DNA of 64,000 bases from Torpedo marmorata (taxonomy: Eukaryota), in NCBI GenBank assembly GCA_977017645.1, contig OZ360246.1, forward strand, positions 54,808,001-54,872,000. Reading direction: 5' to 3'. A model generated the notes under the pieces. The model saw only the letters and a list, made by a program, of their open reading frames with translations. It searched no databases and was not told the origin of the DNA. Positions 37,001 to 51,600 of the stretch are shown piece after piece. A program made the translations under genes and the position numbers. Each line of letters starts with the position of its first letter. Within the stretch, counting starts at the first letter, position 1.

Positions 37001-39600
37001 TCAGGCACTGCAATTCAAGCTGTGACCCCCGTCTTTTCGCTGTCTGGTCAGGCAATGCAGTTCCAGTTGTGCCCCTGGCTCAGCGCTACTCTGCTCAGGC
37101 ACTGTAATTACATATGAGCCCCCGGCTGTGCTGCTCTGGTCAGGCAGGGCAGTTCCAGATGTGCCCCCTGGATCTGTGCTGTGCTGGTCAGGCACTGCAA
37201 TTTCAGATGTGCCCGCTAACTTTGCATTGCTGTGGTCAGACCCTGCCGTTCCAGATATGCCCCCACCCGGCTCTGTCCTATATTGGTCAGTCACTGCAAT
37301 TCCAGATTTGGCCCCCGGCTCTGTGCTGCTCTGGACAGGCACTACAAATCGAGATCCCCCCCCGCAACTCTGCACTGCTCTGGGCAGAGGCTGAAATTCC
37401 AGATGTGGCTCCGGCTCTACACTTCTCTGGTGAGTCACTGCAATTCCAGATGTGCCCCCGACACAGCGCTGCCCTGGTCATACACTGCAATTCCCGATGT
37501 GCCACGGCTCTGAGCTGCTCTGATCAGAGACTGCAATTCCACACGTGGCCCCGTCTCTGTGCTGCTCTGGCCATTCACTGAAATTCCAGATGTGCATCCT
37601 GCTCTGCTCTGCTCGGGTCAGGCACTGCAATTCCAGATGTAGCCCCCGGATCTCCGCTGCTCTGGTCAGGAATTGCAATCCCAGATGTGGCCCCTGGCTC
37701 ACCGATGCTCATGTCAGGCACTGCAATTCCAGGTGTGACCACCCGGCTTCGCACTGCTCTTGTCAGGCACTGCATTTCCAGATGTGGAACCTGGCTCAGC
37801 ACTGATCTGGTCAGACACTGCAATTTCGCATGTGGTTACTCGGCTCTGCGATGCTCTGGTCTGGCACTACAATTCCAGATGTGACACCCCGGCTCTGCGC
37901 TGCTCTGGTCAAAGACTGCAATTCCAGATATGACCCGGCTCTGCGCTGCTCTGGTCAGGCACTACAATTCCAGATGTGTCCCTGGCTCTGCACTGTTCTG
38001 GTCAGGCACCACAATTCAAGATGTGTCCCACGGCTCTTCGCTGCTCTGGTCAGGCACTGCAGTTCCAGATGTGCCAACCCGGCTCTGCGCTGCACTGGTC
38101 AGTCACTGCAATTCCAGATGTGACCCCGGATCTGCGCTGCTCTGGTCAGGCACTGCAATTCTAGATGTGTCCCTGGCTCAGCACTGCTATGCTCAGGCAT
38201 TGCAATTACAGATGTGTCCCCGGCTGTGCTGCTCTGGTCAGACACTGCAATTCCAGTATTGCACCATGGCCCTGTGCTGCTCTGGTCAGGCACTGCAGTT
38301 CCAGATGTGGCCCCCGGTTCTGTGCTGCTTTGTCAGACACTACAATTCCAGATGTACCCCCGGCTCTGCGCTGCATTGGTCAGAGTGCAATTCAAGAAGT
38401 GGCCCTGGCTCTGGTCACACTGCAATACCAGATGTGTTCCCCAGCTCTGCAATGCTCTGGTCAGGCACTGCAGTTCCAGATGTGGTGCCCCGGTTCTGTG
38501 CTGCTCTGGTCGGATACTACAATTCCAGGTGCCCCCCGGCTCTGCGCTGCATGGGTCAGAGTGCAATTCCAGATGTGGCCCTGGCTCCTCCCTGCTCTGG
38601 TCAGGCACTGCAGTTCCAGATATGCCCCCACCGGCTCTGTGCTATATTAGTCATTCACTACAATTCCAGTTGTGGCCCCCGGTTCTGTTCTGCACTGGTC
38701 AGCCACTACAAATCGAGTTGCCACCCCAGCTCTGCACTGCTCTAATCAGAGGCTGCAAATCCAGATGTGGCTCCGACTCTGCGCTGCTCTGGTGAGTCAC
38801 TGCAATTTCAGATGTGTACCCCAGCTCTGCACTGCCCTGGTCAGGCACTGCAGTTCCAGATATGCCCCCACCCGGCTCTGTGCTATATTGGTCATACACT
38901 GTAATTTCAGATGTGGGCCCCTGCCTCTGTGCTGCTCTGGTCAGCCATTATAATTCCAGATGTGCCCCCGGCTCTGAGCTGCTCTGATCAGAGACTACAA
39001 TTCCAGATGTGGCCCCGGCTCTGCGCTGCTCGTCAGGCAACTCAATTCCAGATGTTTTCCCGGCTCTGCCCTGCTCTGGTGAGTCACTGCAATTGCAGAT
39101 GTGCACCATGGCTCTGCACTGCTCTGGTCAGGCACTGCAGTTCCAGATGTGCCCCCTAGCTCTGTGCTGTGCTCGTCAGGCACTGCAATATCAGATGTGT
39201 CCCCCAGCTCTGCACTGCTCTGGCCAGGCACTGCAGTTCTTGGTGTGCCCCCACCCGGCTCTGTGGTATATTGGTCAGTCACTGCAATTCCAGAGGTGAC
39301 CCTCGGTCCTGCATTGCACTGGTCAGGCACTGAAATTGCAGATATGGCCCCCAGCTCTGTGCTGCTCTGGTCAGGCATGACAAATCAAGATGCCCCCCCT
39401 CACCAGCTCTGCACTGCTCTAGTCAGAGGTTGCCATTCCAGATGTGGCTCCGGCTCTGCGCTGCTCTGGTGAGTCATGGCAATTCCAGGTGTGCATCTGG
39501 CTCTGCTCTGCTCTGGTCAGTCACCGCAATTCCAGATGTGGACCCGGCTCTGCACTGCTCTGGTCATACACTGCAATTTCAGATGTGGGCCCCCGGCTCT
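34030..39600 (+). repeat. Higher-order tandem duplication, period ~2764 bp
   Basis: ctccgagcag at 34091 and 36855; ORF offsets 34237/37001, 34714/37478 and 35936/38699. The distal half is more diverged. Confidence 0.85.
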
Positions 39601-42600
39601 GTGCTGCTCTGGTCAGGCACTGTAATTCCAGATGCGCCCCTGACTCTGAGCTGCTCTGACCAGATACTGCAATTCCAGATGTGGCCCGGCTCTGCGCTGC
39701 TCTGGTCAGTCACTGCAATTCCAGATGTGCATCTGGCTCTGCTCTGCTCAGACACCGCAATTCCAGATGTGGAACGTCTGTGCGCTGCTCTTGTCAGGCA
39801 CTGCAATTCAAGCTGTGACCCCCGTCATTTCGCTGCTCTGGTCAGGCAATGCAGTTCCAGATGTGCCCCCTGGATCTGTGCTGTGCTGGTCAGGCACTGC
39901 AATTTCAGATGTGCCCCCCAGCTGTGCATTGCTCTGGTCAGGCCCTGCCGTTCCAGATATGCCCCCACCCGGCTCTGTCCTATATTGGTCAGTCACTGCA
40001 ATTCCAAATGTGGCCCCCGGCTCTGTGCTGCTCTGGACAGGCACTGAAAATCGTGATCCCTCCCCCCCCCCCCGCAGCTCTGCTCTGATCTGGTGAGTCA
40101 CTGCAATTCCAGATGTGCCCCCGACACTGCGCTGCCCTGGTCATACACTGCAATTTCAGATGTGGGCCCCCGGCTCTGTGCTGATCTGGTCAGGCACTGC
40201 AATTCCCGATGTGCCACGGCTCTGAGCTGCTCTGATCAGAGACTGCAATTCCACATGTGGCCCCGTCTCTGTGCTGCTCTGGCCATTCACTGAAATTCCA
40301 GATGTGCCTCCTGCTCTGCTCTGCTCGGGTCAGGCACTGCAATTCCAGATGTAGCCCCCGGATCTCCGCTGCTCTGGTCAGGAACGGAAATCCCAGATGG
40401 GGCCCCTGGCTCAGCGATGCTCTGGTCAGGCACTGCAATTCCCGATGTGACCACCCAGCTTCGCACTGCTCTGGTCAGGCACTGCAATTCCCGGTGTGAC
40501 CACCTGGCTTCGCACTGCTCTTGTCAGGCACTGCATTTCCAGATGTGGCACCTGGCTCAGCACTGCTCTGGTCAGACACTGCAATTTCACATGTGGTTGC
40601 TCGGCTCTGCGCTGCTCTGGTCTGGCACTACAATTCCAGATGTGACACCCCGGCTCTGCGCTGCTCTGGTCAGAGACTGCAATTCCAGATATGACCCGGC
40701 TCTGCGCTGCTCTGGTCAGGCACTACAATTCCAGATGTGTCCCTAGCCCTGCACTGTTCTGGTCAGGCACTGCAATTTCAGATGTGGGCCCCCGGCTCTG
40801 TGCTGCTCTGGTCAGGCACTGTAATTCCAGATGTGCCCCCGGCTCTGAGCTGCTCCGAGCAGATACTGCAATTCCAGATGTGGCCCGGCTCTGCACTGCT
40901 CTGGTCAGTCACTGCAATTCCAGATGTGCATATGGCTCTGCTCTGCTCTGGTCAGACACCGCAATTCCAGATGTGACCCCGGCTCTGCGCTGCTCTTGTC
41001 AGGCAACGCTATTCAAGCTGTGACCCCCGTCCTTTCGCTGCTCTGGTCAGGCAATGCAGTTCCAGTTGTGCCCCTGGCTCAGCGCTACTCTGCTCAGGCA
41101 CTGTAATTACATATGTGCCCCCGGCTGTGCTGCTCTGGTCAGGCATGGCAGTTCCAGATGTGCCCCCCAGCTTTGCACTGCTGTGGTCAGGCCCTGCCGT
41201 TCCAGATATGCCCCCACCCGGCTCTGTCCTTTATTGGTCAGTCACTGCAATTCCAGATGTGGCCCCCAGCTCTGTGCTGCTCTGGACAGGCACTGCAAAT
41301 CGAGATCCCTCTCCCCCGCAGCTCTGCACTGCTCTGGTCAGAGGCTGAAATTCCAGATGTGGATCCTGCTCTGCTCTGCTCTCGTGAGTCACTGCAATTC
41401 CAGATGTGCCCCTGACACTGCGCTGCCCTGCTCATACACTTCAATTTCAGATGTGGGCCCCCGGCTCTGTGCTGCTCTGGACAGGCACTGCAAATCGAGA
41501 TCCCTCCCCCCTCACCCCCCGCAGCTCTGCACTGCTCTGGTCAGAGGATGAAATTCCAGATGTGGATCCTGTTCTGCTCTGCTCTGGTGAGTCACTGCAA
41601 TTCCAGATGTGCCCCTGACACTGCGCTGCCCTGCTCATACACTTCAATTTCAGATGTGGACCCCCGGCTTCGCACTGCTCTGGTCAGGCACTGCAATTCC
41701 CGATGTGACCACCCGGCTTCGCACTGCTCTTGTCAGGCACTGCATTTCCAGATGTGGCACCTGGCTCAGCACTGCTCTGGTCAGACACTGCAATTTCACA
41801 TGTGGTTGCTCGGCTCTGCGCTGCTCTGGTCTGGCACTACAATTCCAGATGTGACACCCCGGCTCTGCGCTGCTCTGGTCAGAGACTGCAATTCCAGATG
41901 CGTCCCTGGCTCTGCACTGTTCTGGTCAGGCACCACAATTCAAGATGTGTCCCACAGCTCTTCGTTGCTCTGGTCAGGCACTGCAGTTCCAGATGTGCCA
42001 ACCCGGCTCTGCGCTGCACTGGTCAGTCACTGCAATTCCAGATGTGACCCTGGCTCTGCTCTGTGCTGCTCTGGTCAGGCACTGCAATTCTAGATGTGTC
42101 AATGGCTCAGCACTACTCTGCTCAGGCATTGCAATAACAGATGTGCCCCCGGCTGTGCTGCTCTGGTCAGACACTGCAATTCCAGTATTTCACCATGGCT
42201 CTGTGCTGCTCTGGTCAGGCACTGCAGTTCCAGATGTGGCCCCCCGGTTTTGTGCTGCTTTGGTCAGACACTACAATTCCAGATGTCCTCCCGTCTCTGC
42301 GCTGCATTGGTCAGAGTGCAATTCCTGATGTGGCCCTGGCTCTGGTCAGGCACTGCAGTTCCAGTTGTGGTGCCCCGGTTCTGTGCTGCTCTGGTCAGCC
42401 ACTACAAATCGAGTTGCCACCCCAGCTCTGCACTGCTCTAGTCAGAGGCTGCAAATCCAGATGTGGATTCTGCTCTGCTCTGCTCTCGTGAGTCACTGCA
42501 ATTCCAGATGTGCCCCTGACACTGCGCTGCCCTGCTCATACACTTCAATTTCAGATGTGGGCCCCCGGCTCTGTGCTGCTCTGGTCAGCCACTACAAATC

Positions 42601-45600
42601 GAGATGCCACCCCAGCTTCACAATACCCTAGTCAGAGGCTGCAATTCAAAATGTGGTTCCAACTCTGCACTGCTCTGGTGAGTCACTACAGTTCCAGATG
42701 TGCCCCCGGCTCTGCGCTGCTCTAGTCAGTCACTGCAATTCCAGATGTTCCTCCAGCTCTGCTCTGCTCAGGCACTGCAATTACAGATGTGGCCCCCTGG
42801 CTTCTGTGCAGCTCTGGTCAGACAATACAAATCCAGATGTCCCCCCGTCTCTGCGTTGCATTGGTCAGAGACTGCAATTCCAGATGTGGCCCCGGCTCTG
42901 CCTTGCTCTGGTCAGTCATTGCAATTTCAGTATTGCACCATGGCTCTGTGATGCTCTGGTCAGGCACTGCAGTTCCAGATGTGATCTCCCGGTTCAGTGC
43001 TGCTCTGGTCAGACACTACAATTCCAGATGTCCCCGCGGCTCTGCGCTGCATTGGACAGAGTGCAATTCCAGAAGTGGCCCTGGCTCTGGTCACACGGCA
43101 ATTTCAGATGTGTTCCCCACCTCTGCACTGCTCTGGTCAGGAACTGCAGTTCCAGATGTGCCCCACCCGGCTCTGTGCTATATTGGTCAGTCACTGCGAT
43201 TTCAGGTGTGACCCTCGGCTCTGCACCTCGCTGATCAGGCACTGCAATACCAGATGTGGCCCCTGGTTATGTGCTGCTCTGGTCAGCCACTACAAATCGA
43301 GATGCCACCCCAGCTCCGCAATACTCTAGTCAGAGGCTGCAATTCAAAATGTGGCTCCAACTCTGCGCTGCTCTGGTGAGTCACTGCAGTTCCAGATGTG
43401 CCCCCCGGCTCTGTGCTGCTCTGGTCAGGCACTATAATTCCAGATGTGCCCCCGGATCTGTGCTGCTATGGTCAGGCACTGCAGTTCCAGATGTGCCCCC
43501 CAGCTCTGCATTGCTCTGGACAGGCACTGCTGTTCCTGGTGTGCCCCCACCCGGCTCTGTGGAATATTGACCAGTCAATGCAATTCCAGAGGAGACCCTC
43601 GATTCTGCATTGCACTGGTCAGGCACTGCAATTCCAGATATAGCACCCAGCTCTGCACTGCACTAGTCAGAGGCTGCAAATGTAGATGTGACTCCGGCTC
43701 TTCGCTGCTCTGGTGAGTCACTGCAATTCTAGATGTGCCCCCTGCTCTGCGCTGCTCTGGTCATACACTGCAATTTTCAGATGTGGACCCCCGGCTCTGT
43801 GCTGCTCTGGTCAGGCAATGCCGTTCCAGATGTGCCCCCACCCGGATCTTTGCTATATTGGTCAGTCACTGCAATTCCAGATGTGGCCCCCGGCTCTGTG
43901 CTGCTCTGGTCAGGCACTACAAATCGAGATCCCCCCACCCCCACCTCTGCACTGCTCTAGTCAGAGGCTGCAATTCCGGATGTGGCTCCGGCTCTGCTCG
44001 GCTCTGGTGAGTCATTGCAATACCAGATGTGACCCCGACTCTGTGCTGCCCTGGTCATACACTGCAATTTCAGATGTGGGCCGCATGCTCTGTGCTGATA
44101 TGGTCAAGCACAACAATTCTAGATGTGCCCCCGGCTCTGAGCTGCTCTGATGAGAGACTGCAATTCCAGATGCGGCCCCAGCTCTGTGCTGCTCTGGCCA
44201 GTTACTGAAATTCCAGATGTGCCTCCGGCTCTGCTCTGCTCAGGCACTGCAATTCCAGATGTGGCCCATGGCTCAGCGATGCTCTGGTCAGGCACTGCAA
44301 TTCTCGGTGTGACCACACGGCATCGCACTGCTCTGGTCTGGCACTGCATTTCCAGATTTGGCCCCTGGCTCAGCACTGCTCTGGTCAGGCTCTGCAATTC
44401 CAGATGTGGCCCGGCTCAGCGCTGCTCTGCTCACACACGGCAATTTCACATGTGGTCCCTCGGCTCTGCGCTGCTCTGGTCTGGCACTACAATACCACAT
44501 GTGACACCCGGCTCTGCGCTGCTGTGGTCAGAGACAGCAATTCCAGATGTGACCCGGCTCTGCGCTGCTCTGGTCAGGCATCACAATTGCAGATGTGTTC
44601 CCTGCTCTGCGCTGTTCTGGTCAGGCACCGCAATTCCAGGTGTGTCCCATGGCTCTTCGCTGCTCTGGTCAAGCACTGCTGTTCCAGATGTGCAAACCCA
44701 GCTCTACGCTGCACTGGTCAGTCACTGCAATTCCAGATGTGACCCGGCTCTGCACTGCTCTGGTCATACATTACAATTTCAGATGTGGCCCGGCTCTGCG
44801 CTGCTCTGGCCAGTCACTGCAATTCCAGATGTGTATCTGGCTCTGGTCTGCTCTGGTCGGGCACCACAATTCTAGATGTGGCCCCGGCTCTGCGCTGCTC
44901 TTGTCAGGCACTGCAATTCCAGATGTGACCCCGTCTTTTGACTGCTCTGGTCAGGAACGCAGTGCCTGATATGCCCCCTGGCTCTGCACTGCTCTGGTCA
45001 GAGGCTGCAATTCCTGTTGTGGCCCGGCTCTGCGCTTCACTGGCCAGTCACTGAAATTTCAGATGTGGGCCCCTGTGTCTGTGCTGATATGGTCAGGCAC
45101 AACAAATCCTGATGTGCCCCCGGCTCTGAGCTGCTCTGATGAGAGACTGCAATTTCAGATGCGGCCCCGGCTCTATGCTGCTCTGGCCAGGCACTGGAAT
45201 TCCAGATGTGGCCCCTGGCTCAGTGATGCTCTGGTCAGGCACTGCAACTCCCGGTGTGACCACCCGACATCGCACTGCTCTGGCCAGGCACTGCAATTCC
45301 AGATGTGCCCCCGGCTGTGCTGCTCTGGTCAGGCACTGCAATTCCAGATGTGCCCCCGGCTGTGCTGCTCTGGTCAGGCACTGCAGTTCCATATGTGGCC
45401 CCCCGGTTCTGTGCTGCTTTGGTCAGACACTACAATTCCAGATGTCCCCCGGCTCTGCGCTGCATTGGTCAGAGTGCAATTCCAGATATGGCCCCGGCTC
45501 TGCCTCGCTCTGGCCAACACTGCAATTCCAGATGTGTCCCCCAGCTCTGCACTGCTCTGCTCAGGCACTGCAGTTCCAGATGTGCCCCACCCGGCTCTGT

Positions 45601-48600
45601 GCTATATTGGTCAGTAACTGCAATTCCAGGTTTGACCCTCGGCTCTGCACCTCGCTGGTCAGGCACTGCAATTCCAGATGTAGCACCCGGTTCTCTGCTG
45701 CTCTGGTCAGCCACTACAAATCGAGATGCCACACCAGCTCCGCAATACTCTAGTCAGAGGCTGCAATTCAAAATGTGGCTCCAAATCTGCGCTGCTCTGG
45801 TGAGTCACTGCAGTTCCAGATGTGCTCCCGGCTCTGTGCTGCTCTGGTCAGTCACTGCAATTCCAGATGTGTATCTGGCTCTACTCTGCTCAGGCACTGC
45901 AATTACAGATGTGGCCCCCCGGTTCTGTGCTGCTCTGGTCAGACAATACAGTTACAGATGTCCCCCGTCTCTGTGCTGCATTGGTCAGAGACTGTAATTC
46001 CAGATGTGGTCCCGGCTCTGCCCTGCTCTGGTCAGTCATTGCAATTCCAGTATTTGCACCATGGCTCTGTGCTGCTCTGGTCAGGCACTGCAGTTGCAGA
46101 TGTGGTCCCCGGTTCTGTGCTGCTCTGGTCAGACACTACAATTCCAGATGTATCCCCGGCTCTGCGCTGCATTGGTCAGAGACTGCAATTCCAGAAGTGG
46201 CCCTGGCTCTGCCCTGCTCTGGTCACAGTGCAATTCCAGATGTGTCCCCTAGCTCGGCACTGCTCTGGTCAGGCACAGCAGTTCCAGATGTGCCCCACCC
46301 AGCTCTGTGCTATATAGGTCAGTCACTGCAATTCCAGATGTGCCCCGGCTCTGCTCTGCTCTGGTCATACACTGTAATTTCAGATGTGGTCCCTCGGTTC
46401 TGTGCTGCTCTGGTCAGGCACTATCATTCCAGATGTGCCCCCAGCTCTGAGCTGCTCTGATCAGTCTGCGATTCCAGATGTGCAACCGGCTCTGCGCTGC
46501 TCAGGTCAGGAAAATCAATTCCAGATGTTTCCCCGGTTCTGCGCTATTCTGGTCAGGCACTGCAATTCCAGATCTGTCCCACGGCTCTTTACTGCTCTGG
46601 TCAGGCACTGCAGTTCCAGACGTGCCAACCCGGCTCTACGCTGCACTGGTCCGTCACTGCAATTCCAGATGTGACACCAGTTCTGCGCTGCTCTGGTCAG
46701 GCACAGCAAATCTAGATGTGCCCCTGGCTCAGCACTGCTCTTCTCAGGCACTGCAATTACAGATGTGCCCCCGGCTGTACTGCTCTGGTCAGACACTGTA
46801 ATTGCAGATGTGCACCATGGCTCTGCACTGCTCTGGCCAGGCACTGCAGTTCCTTGTGTGCTCCCACCTGGCTCTGTGGTATATTGGTCAGTCACTTCAA
46901 TTCCAGTGGAGACCCTCGATTCTGCATTGCACTGGTCAGGCACTGCAATTCCAGATATAACCCCCGATTCTGTGCTGCTCTGGTCAGGCGCAACAAATCG
47001 AGATGCCGCCCCCCCCCCTCCAGCTCTGCACTGCACTAGTCAGAGGCTGCAATTCTAGATGTGCCCCCGGCTCTGCGCAGCTCTGGTCATAAACTGCAAT
47101 TTTCAGATGTTGACCCCCGGCTCTGTGCTGCTCTGGTCAGGCACTGCCGTTCCAGATGTGGCTCCGTCTCTGTGCTGCTCTGGTCAGTCACTGTAATTGC
47201 AGATGTGCACCATGGCTCTGTGCTGCTCTGGTGAGTCACGGCAATTCCAGATGTGCCACAGCTCTGCATTGCTCTGGTCATACACTGCAATTGCAGATGT
47301 GGACCCCCGGCTCTGTGCTGCTCTGGTCAGGCACTGCAATTACAGATGTGCCCCTGGCCCTGAGCTGCTCCGACCAGATACTACAATTCCAGATGAGGTC
47401 CGGCTCTGCGCTTCTATGGTCATACACTGCAATTCCAGATGTGGCCCCGGCTCGGCACTGCTCTTGTCAGGCACTGCAATTCCAGATGTTACCCCCGTCT
47501 TTTCGCTGCTCTGGGCAGACAATGCAGTTCCAGATGTGCCCCTGGCTCTGGGTTGCTCTGACCAGATACTGCAATTCCAGATGTGGCCAGGCTCTGGGCT
47601 GCTCTGGTCAGTCACTGCAATTCCAGATGTGCATCAGGCTCTGCTCTGGTCAGGCACCGCAATTCCAGATGTGACCCACGTCTTTTCCTTGTTTTGGTCA
47701 GGCAATACAGTTCTAGGTGTGCCCCTGGCTCAGCGCTGATCTGCTCAGGCACTGCAATTAGAGATGTGCCCCCGGTTCTGTGGTGCTCTGGTCAGACACT
47801 ACAATTCCAGATGTCCCCCCGGCTCTGCGCTGCATTGCTCAGAGACTGCAATTCCAGATGTGGCCCCGGCTCTGCCTGCTCTGGTCAATCACTGGAATTC
47901 CAAATGTGGGCCCATGCTCTGTGCTGATATGGTCAGGCACAACAATTCTAGATGTGCCCCCGGCTCTGAGCTGCTCTGATGAGAGACTGCAATTCCAAAT
48001 GCGGCCCCGGCTCTGTGCTGCTCTGGCCAGTCACTGAAATTCCAGATGTGCCTCCGGCTCTGCTCTGGCCAGTAACTGAAATTCCAGATGTGCCTCCGGC
48101 TCTGCTCTGATCTGGTCAGGCACTGTAATTCCAGACGTGGTCCCTGGCTCAGCGATGCTCTGGTCAGGCACTGCAATTCCCGGTGTGACCACACGACATC
48201 GCACTGCTCTTGTCTGGCAATGCAATTCCAGATGTGACCCCCGTCTTTTGACTGCTCTGGTCAGGAACGCAGTGCCAGATGTGCCCCTGGCTCTGCACTG
48301 CTCTGGTCAGAGGCTGCAATTCCAGATGTGGCCCGGCTATGCGCTTCACTGGCCAGTTACTGAAATTTCAGATGTGGGCCCCTGTGTCTATGCTGATATG
48401 GTCAGGCACAACAATTCCTGATGTGCCCCCGGCTCTGATCTTCTATGATGAGAGACTGCAATTCCAGATGCAGCCCCAGCTCTGTGCTGCTCTGGCCAGT
48501 CACTGAAATTCCAGATGTGCCTCCGGCTCTGCTCTGCTCTGGTCAGGCACTGTAATTCCAGATGTGGCCCCTGGCTCAGCGATGCTCTGGTCAGGCATTG

Positions 48601-51600
48601 CAATTCCCGGTGTGACCACACGACATCGCACTGCTCTGGACTGGCACTGCATTTCCAGATGTGGCTCCTGGCTCAGCATTGCTCTGGTCAGAGACAGCCA
48701 TTCCAGATGTGACTCGGCTCTGCACTGCTCTGGTCAGGCACCACAATTGCAGAAGTGTTCCCTGCTCTGCGCTCTTCTGGACTGGCACCACAATTCCAGA
48801 TGTATCCCATGGCTCATCGCTGCTCTGGTCAAGCACTGCTGTTCCAGATGTGCAAACCCAGCTCTGCGCTGCACTGGTCAGTCACTGCATTTCCAGATGT
48901 GACCCCGGCTCTGCACTGCTCTGGTCATACACTACAATTTCAGATGTGACCCGGCTCTGCGCTGCTCTGGCCAGTCACTGCAATTCCAGATGTGTATCTG
49001 GCTCTGGTCTCTCTGGTCAGGCACTGCAATTCCAGATGTGGCCCCGGCTCTGCGCTGCTCTTGTCAGGCACTGCAATTCCAGATGTGACCCCCGTCTTTT
49101 GACTGCTCTGGTCAGGAACGCAGTGCCAGATGTGCCCCTGGCTCTGCACTGCTCTGGTCGGAGGCTGCAATTCCAGATGTGGCCCGGCTCTGCGCTTCAC
49201 TGGCCCGTCACTGAAATTTCAGATGTGGGCCCCTGTGTCTGTGCTGATATGGTCAGGCACTACAATTCCAGATGTGCCCCGGCGCTGAGCTGCTCTGATG
49301 AGAGACTGCAATTCCAGATGTGGTCCGGCTCTGCGCTTCTCTGGTCATACACTGCAATTCCAGATGTGGCCCTTGCTCTGCACTGCTCTTGTCAGGCACT
49401 GCAACTCCAGATGTTACCCCGTCTTTTCGCTGCTCTGGGCAGACAATGCAGTTCCAGATGTGCCCCTGGCTCTGAATGGCTCTGACCAGATACTGCAATT
49501 CCAGATGTGGTCAGGCTCTGCGCTGCTCTGGTCAGTCACTGCAATTCCAGATGTGAATCAGGCTCTGCTCTGGTCAGGCACCGCAATTCCAGATGTGACC
49601 CCGGCTCTGTGCCGTTCTTGTCAGGCACTCCAATTCCAGATGTGACACACGTCTTTTCCTTGCTTTGGTCAGGCAATACAGTTCCTGGTGTGCCCCTGGC
49701 TCAGCGCTGTTCTGATCAGGCACTGCAATTAGAGATGTGCCCCCGGTTCTGTGCTGCTCTGGTCAGACACTACAATTCCAGATGTCCCCCCGGCTGTGCG
49801 CTGCATTGCTCAGAGACTGCAATTCCAGATGTGGCCCCGGCTCTGCCCGCTCTGGTCAGTCACTGAAATTCCAGATGTGCGCCTTGCTCTGTGCTGCACT
49901 GGTCAGGCATTGCAGTTCCAGATGTGCCCCCTGGCTCTGTGCTGTGCTGGTCAGGCACTGTAATTTCATATGTGCCCCCAGCTCTGCACTGCTCTGATCA
50001 GGCAATGCCGTTTCAGATGTGCCCCCAGCCGGATCTTTGCTATATTGGTCAGTCACTGCAATTCCAGATGTGGCCCCCGGCTCTGTGCTTCTCTGGTCAG
50101 GCACTACAAATCGAGATCCCCCCACCCCTAGCTCTGCACTGCTCTACTCAGAGGCTGCAATTCCAGATGTGGCTCCGGCTCTGCTCGGCTCTGGTGAGTC
50201 ATTGCAATTCCAGATGTGACCCCGACTCTGCGCTGCCCTGGTCATACACTGTAATTTCAGATGTGGGCCCATGCTCTGTGCTGATATGGTCAGGCACAAC
50301 AATTCTAGATGTGCCCCCGGCTCTGAGCTGCTCTGATGAGAGACTGCAATTCCAGATGCGGCCCCGGCTCTGTGCTGCTCTGCCCAGTTACTGAAATTCC
50401 AGATGTGCATCCGGCTCTGCTCTGCTCAGGCACTGCAATTCTAGACGTGGCCCCTGGCTCAGCGATGCTCTGGTCAGGCACTGCAATTCCCGGTGTGACC
50501 ACACGACATCGCACTGCTCTAGTCTGGCACTGCAATTCCAGATGTGACCCCGTCTTTTGACTGCTCTGGTCAGGAACGCAGTGCCAGATGTACCCCTGGC
50601 TCTGCACTGCTCTGGTCAGAGGCTGCAATTCCAGATGTGGCCCGGCTATGCGCTTCACTGGCCAGTCACTGAAATTTCAGATGTGGGCCCCTGTGTCTAT
50701 GCTGATATGCTCAGGCACAACTATTCCTGATGTGCCCCCGGCTCTGATCTTCTCTGATGAGAGACTGCAATTCCAGATGCGGCCCCAGCTCTGTGCTGCT
50801 CTGGCCAGTCACTGAAATTCCAGATGTGCCTCCGGTTCTGCTCTGCTCTGGTCAGGCACCGTAATTCCAGATGTGGCCCCTGGCTCAGCGATGCTCTGGT
50901 CATGCACTGCAATTCCCGGTGTGACCACACTACATCGCACTGCTCTGGTCTGGCACTGCATTTCCAGATGTGGCCCCGGCTCTGCACTGCTCTGGTCAGA
51001 GGCTGCAATTCCAGATGTGGCCCGGCTCTGCACTTCACTGGCCAGTCACTGAAATTTCAGATGTGGCCCCCTGTGTCTGTGCTGATATGGTCAGGCACAA
51101 CAATTCCTGATGTGCCCCCGGCGCTGAACTGCTCTGATGAGAGACTGCACTTGCAGATGCGGCCCCGGCTCTGTGCTGCTCTGGCCAGGCACTGCAATTC
51201 CACATGTGGCCCCTGGCTCAGCGATGCTCTGGTCAGGCACTGCAATTCTCGGTGTGACCACCCGACATCGCACTGCTCTGGTCAGGCACTGCATTTCCAG
51301 ATGTGGCTCCTGGCTCAGCACTGCTCCGGTCAGTCACTACAATTCCAGTATTGCACCATGGCTCTGTGCTGCTCAGGGCATGTACTGCAGTTCCAGATTT
51401 GGTGCCCCGGTTCTGTGCTGCTCTGGTCAGACACTACAATTCCAGGTGCCCCCCCCCCGGCTCTGGGCTACATTGGTCAGAGTGCAATTCCAGATGTGGC
51501 CCTGGCTCTGCCCTGCTCTGGTCACACTGCAATTCCAGAAGTGTCCCCCAGCTCTGCACTGCTCTGGTCAGGCACTGCAGTTCCAGAGGTGACCCACGGT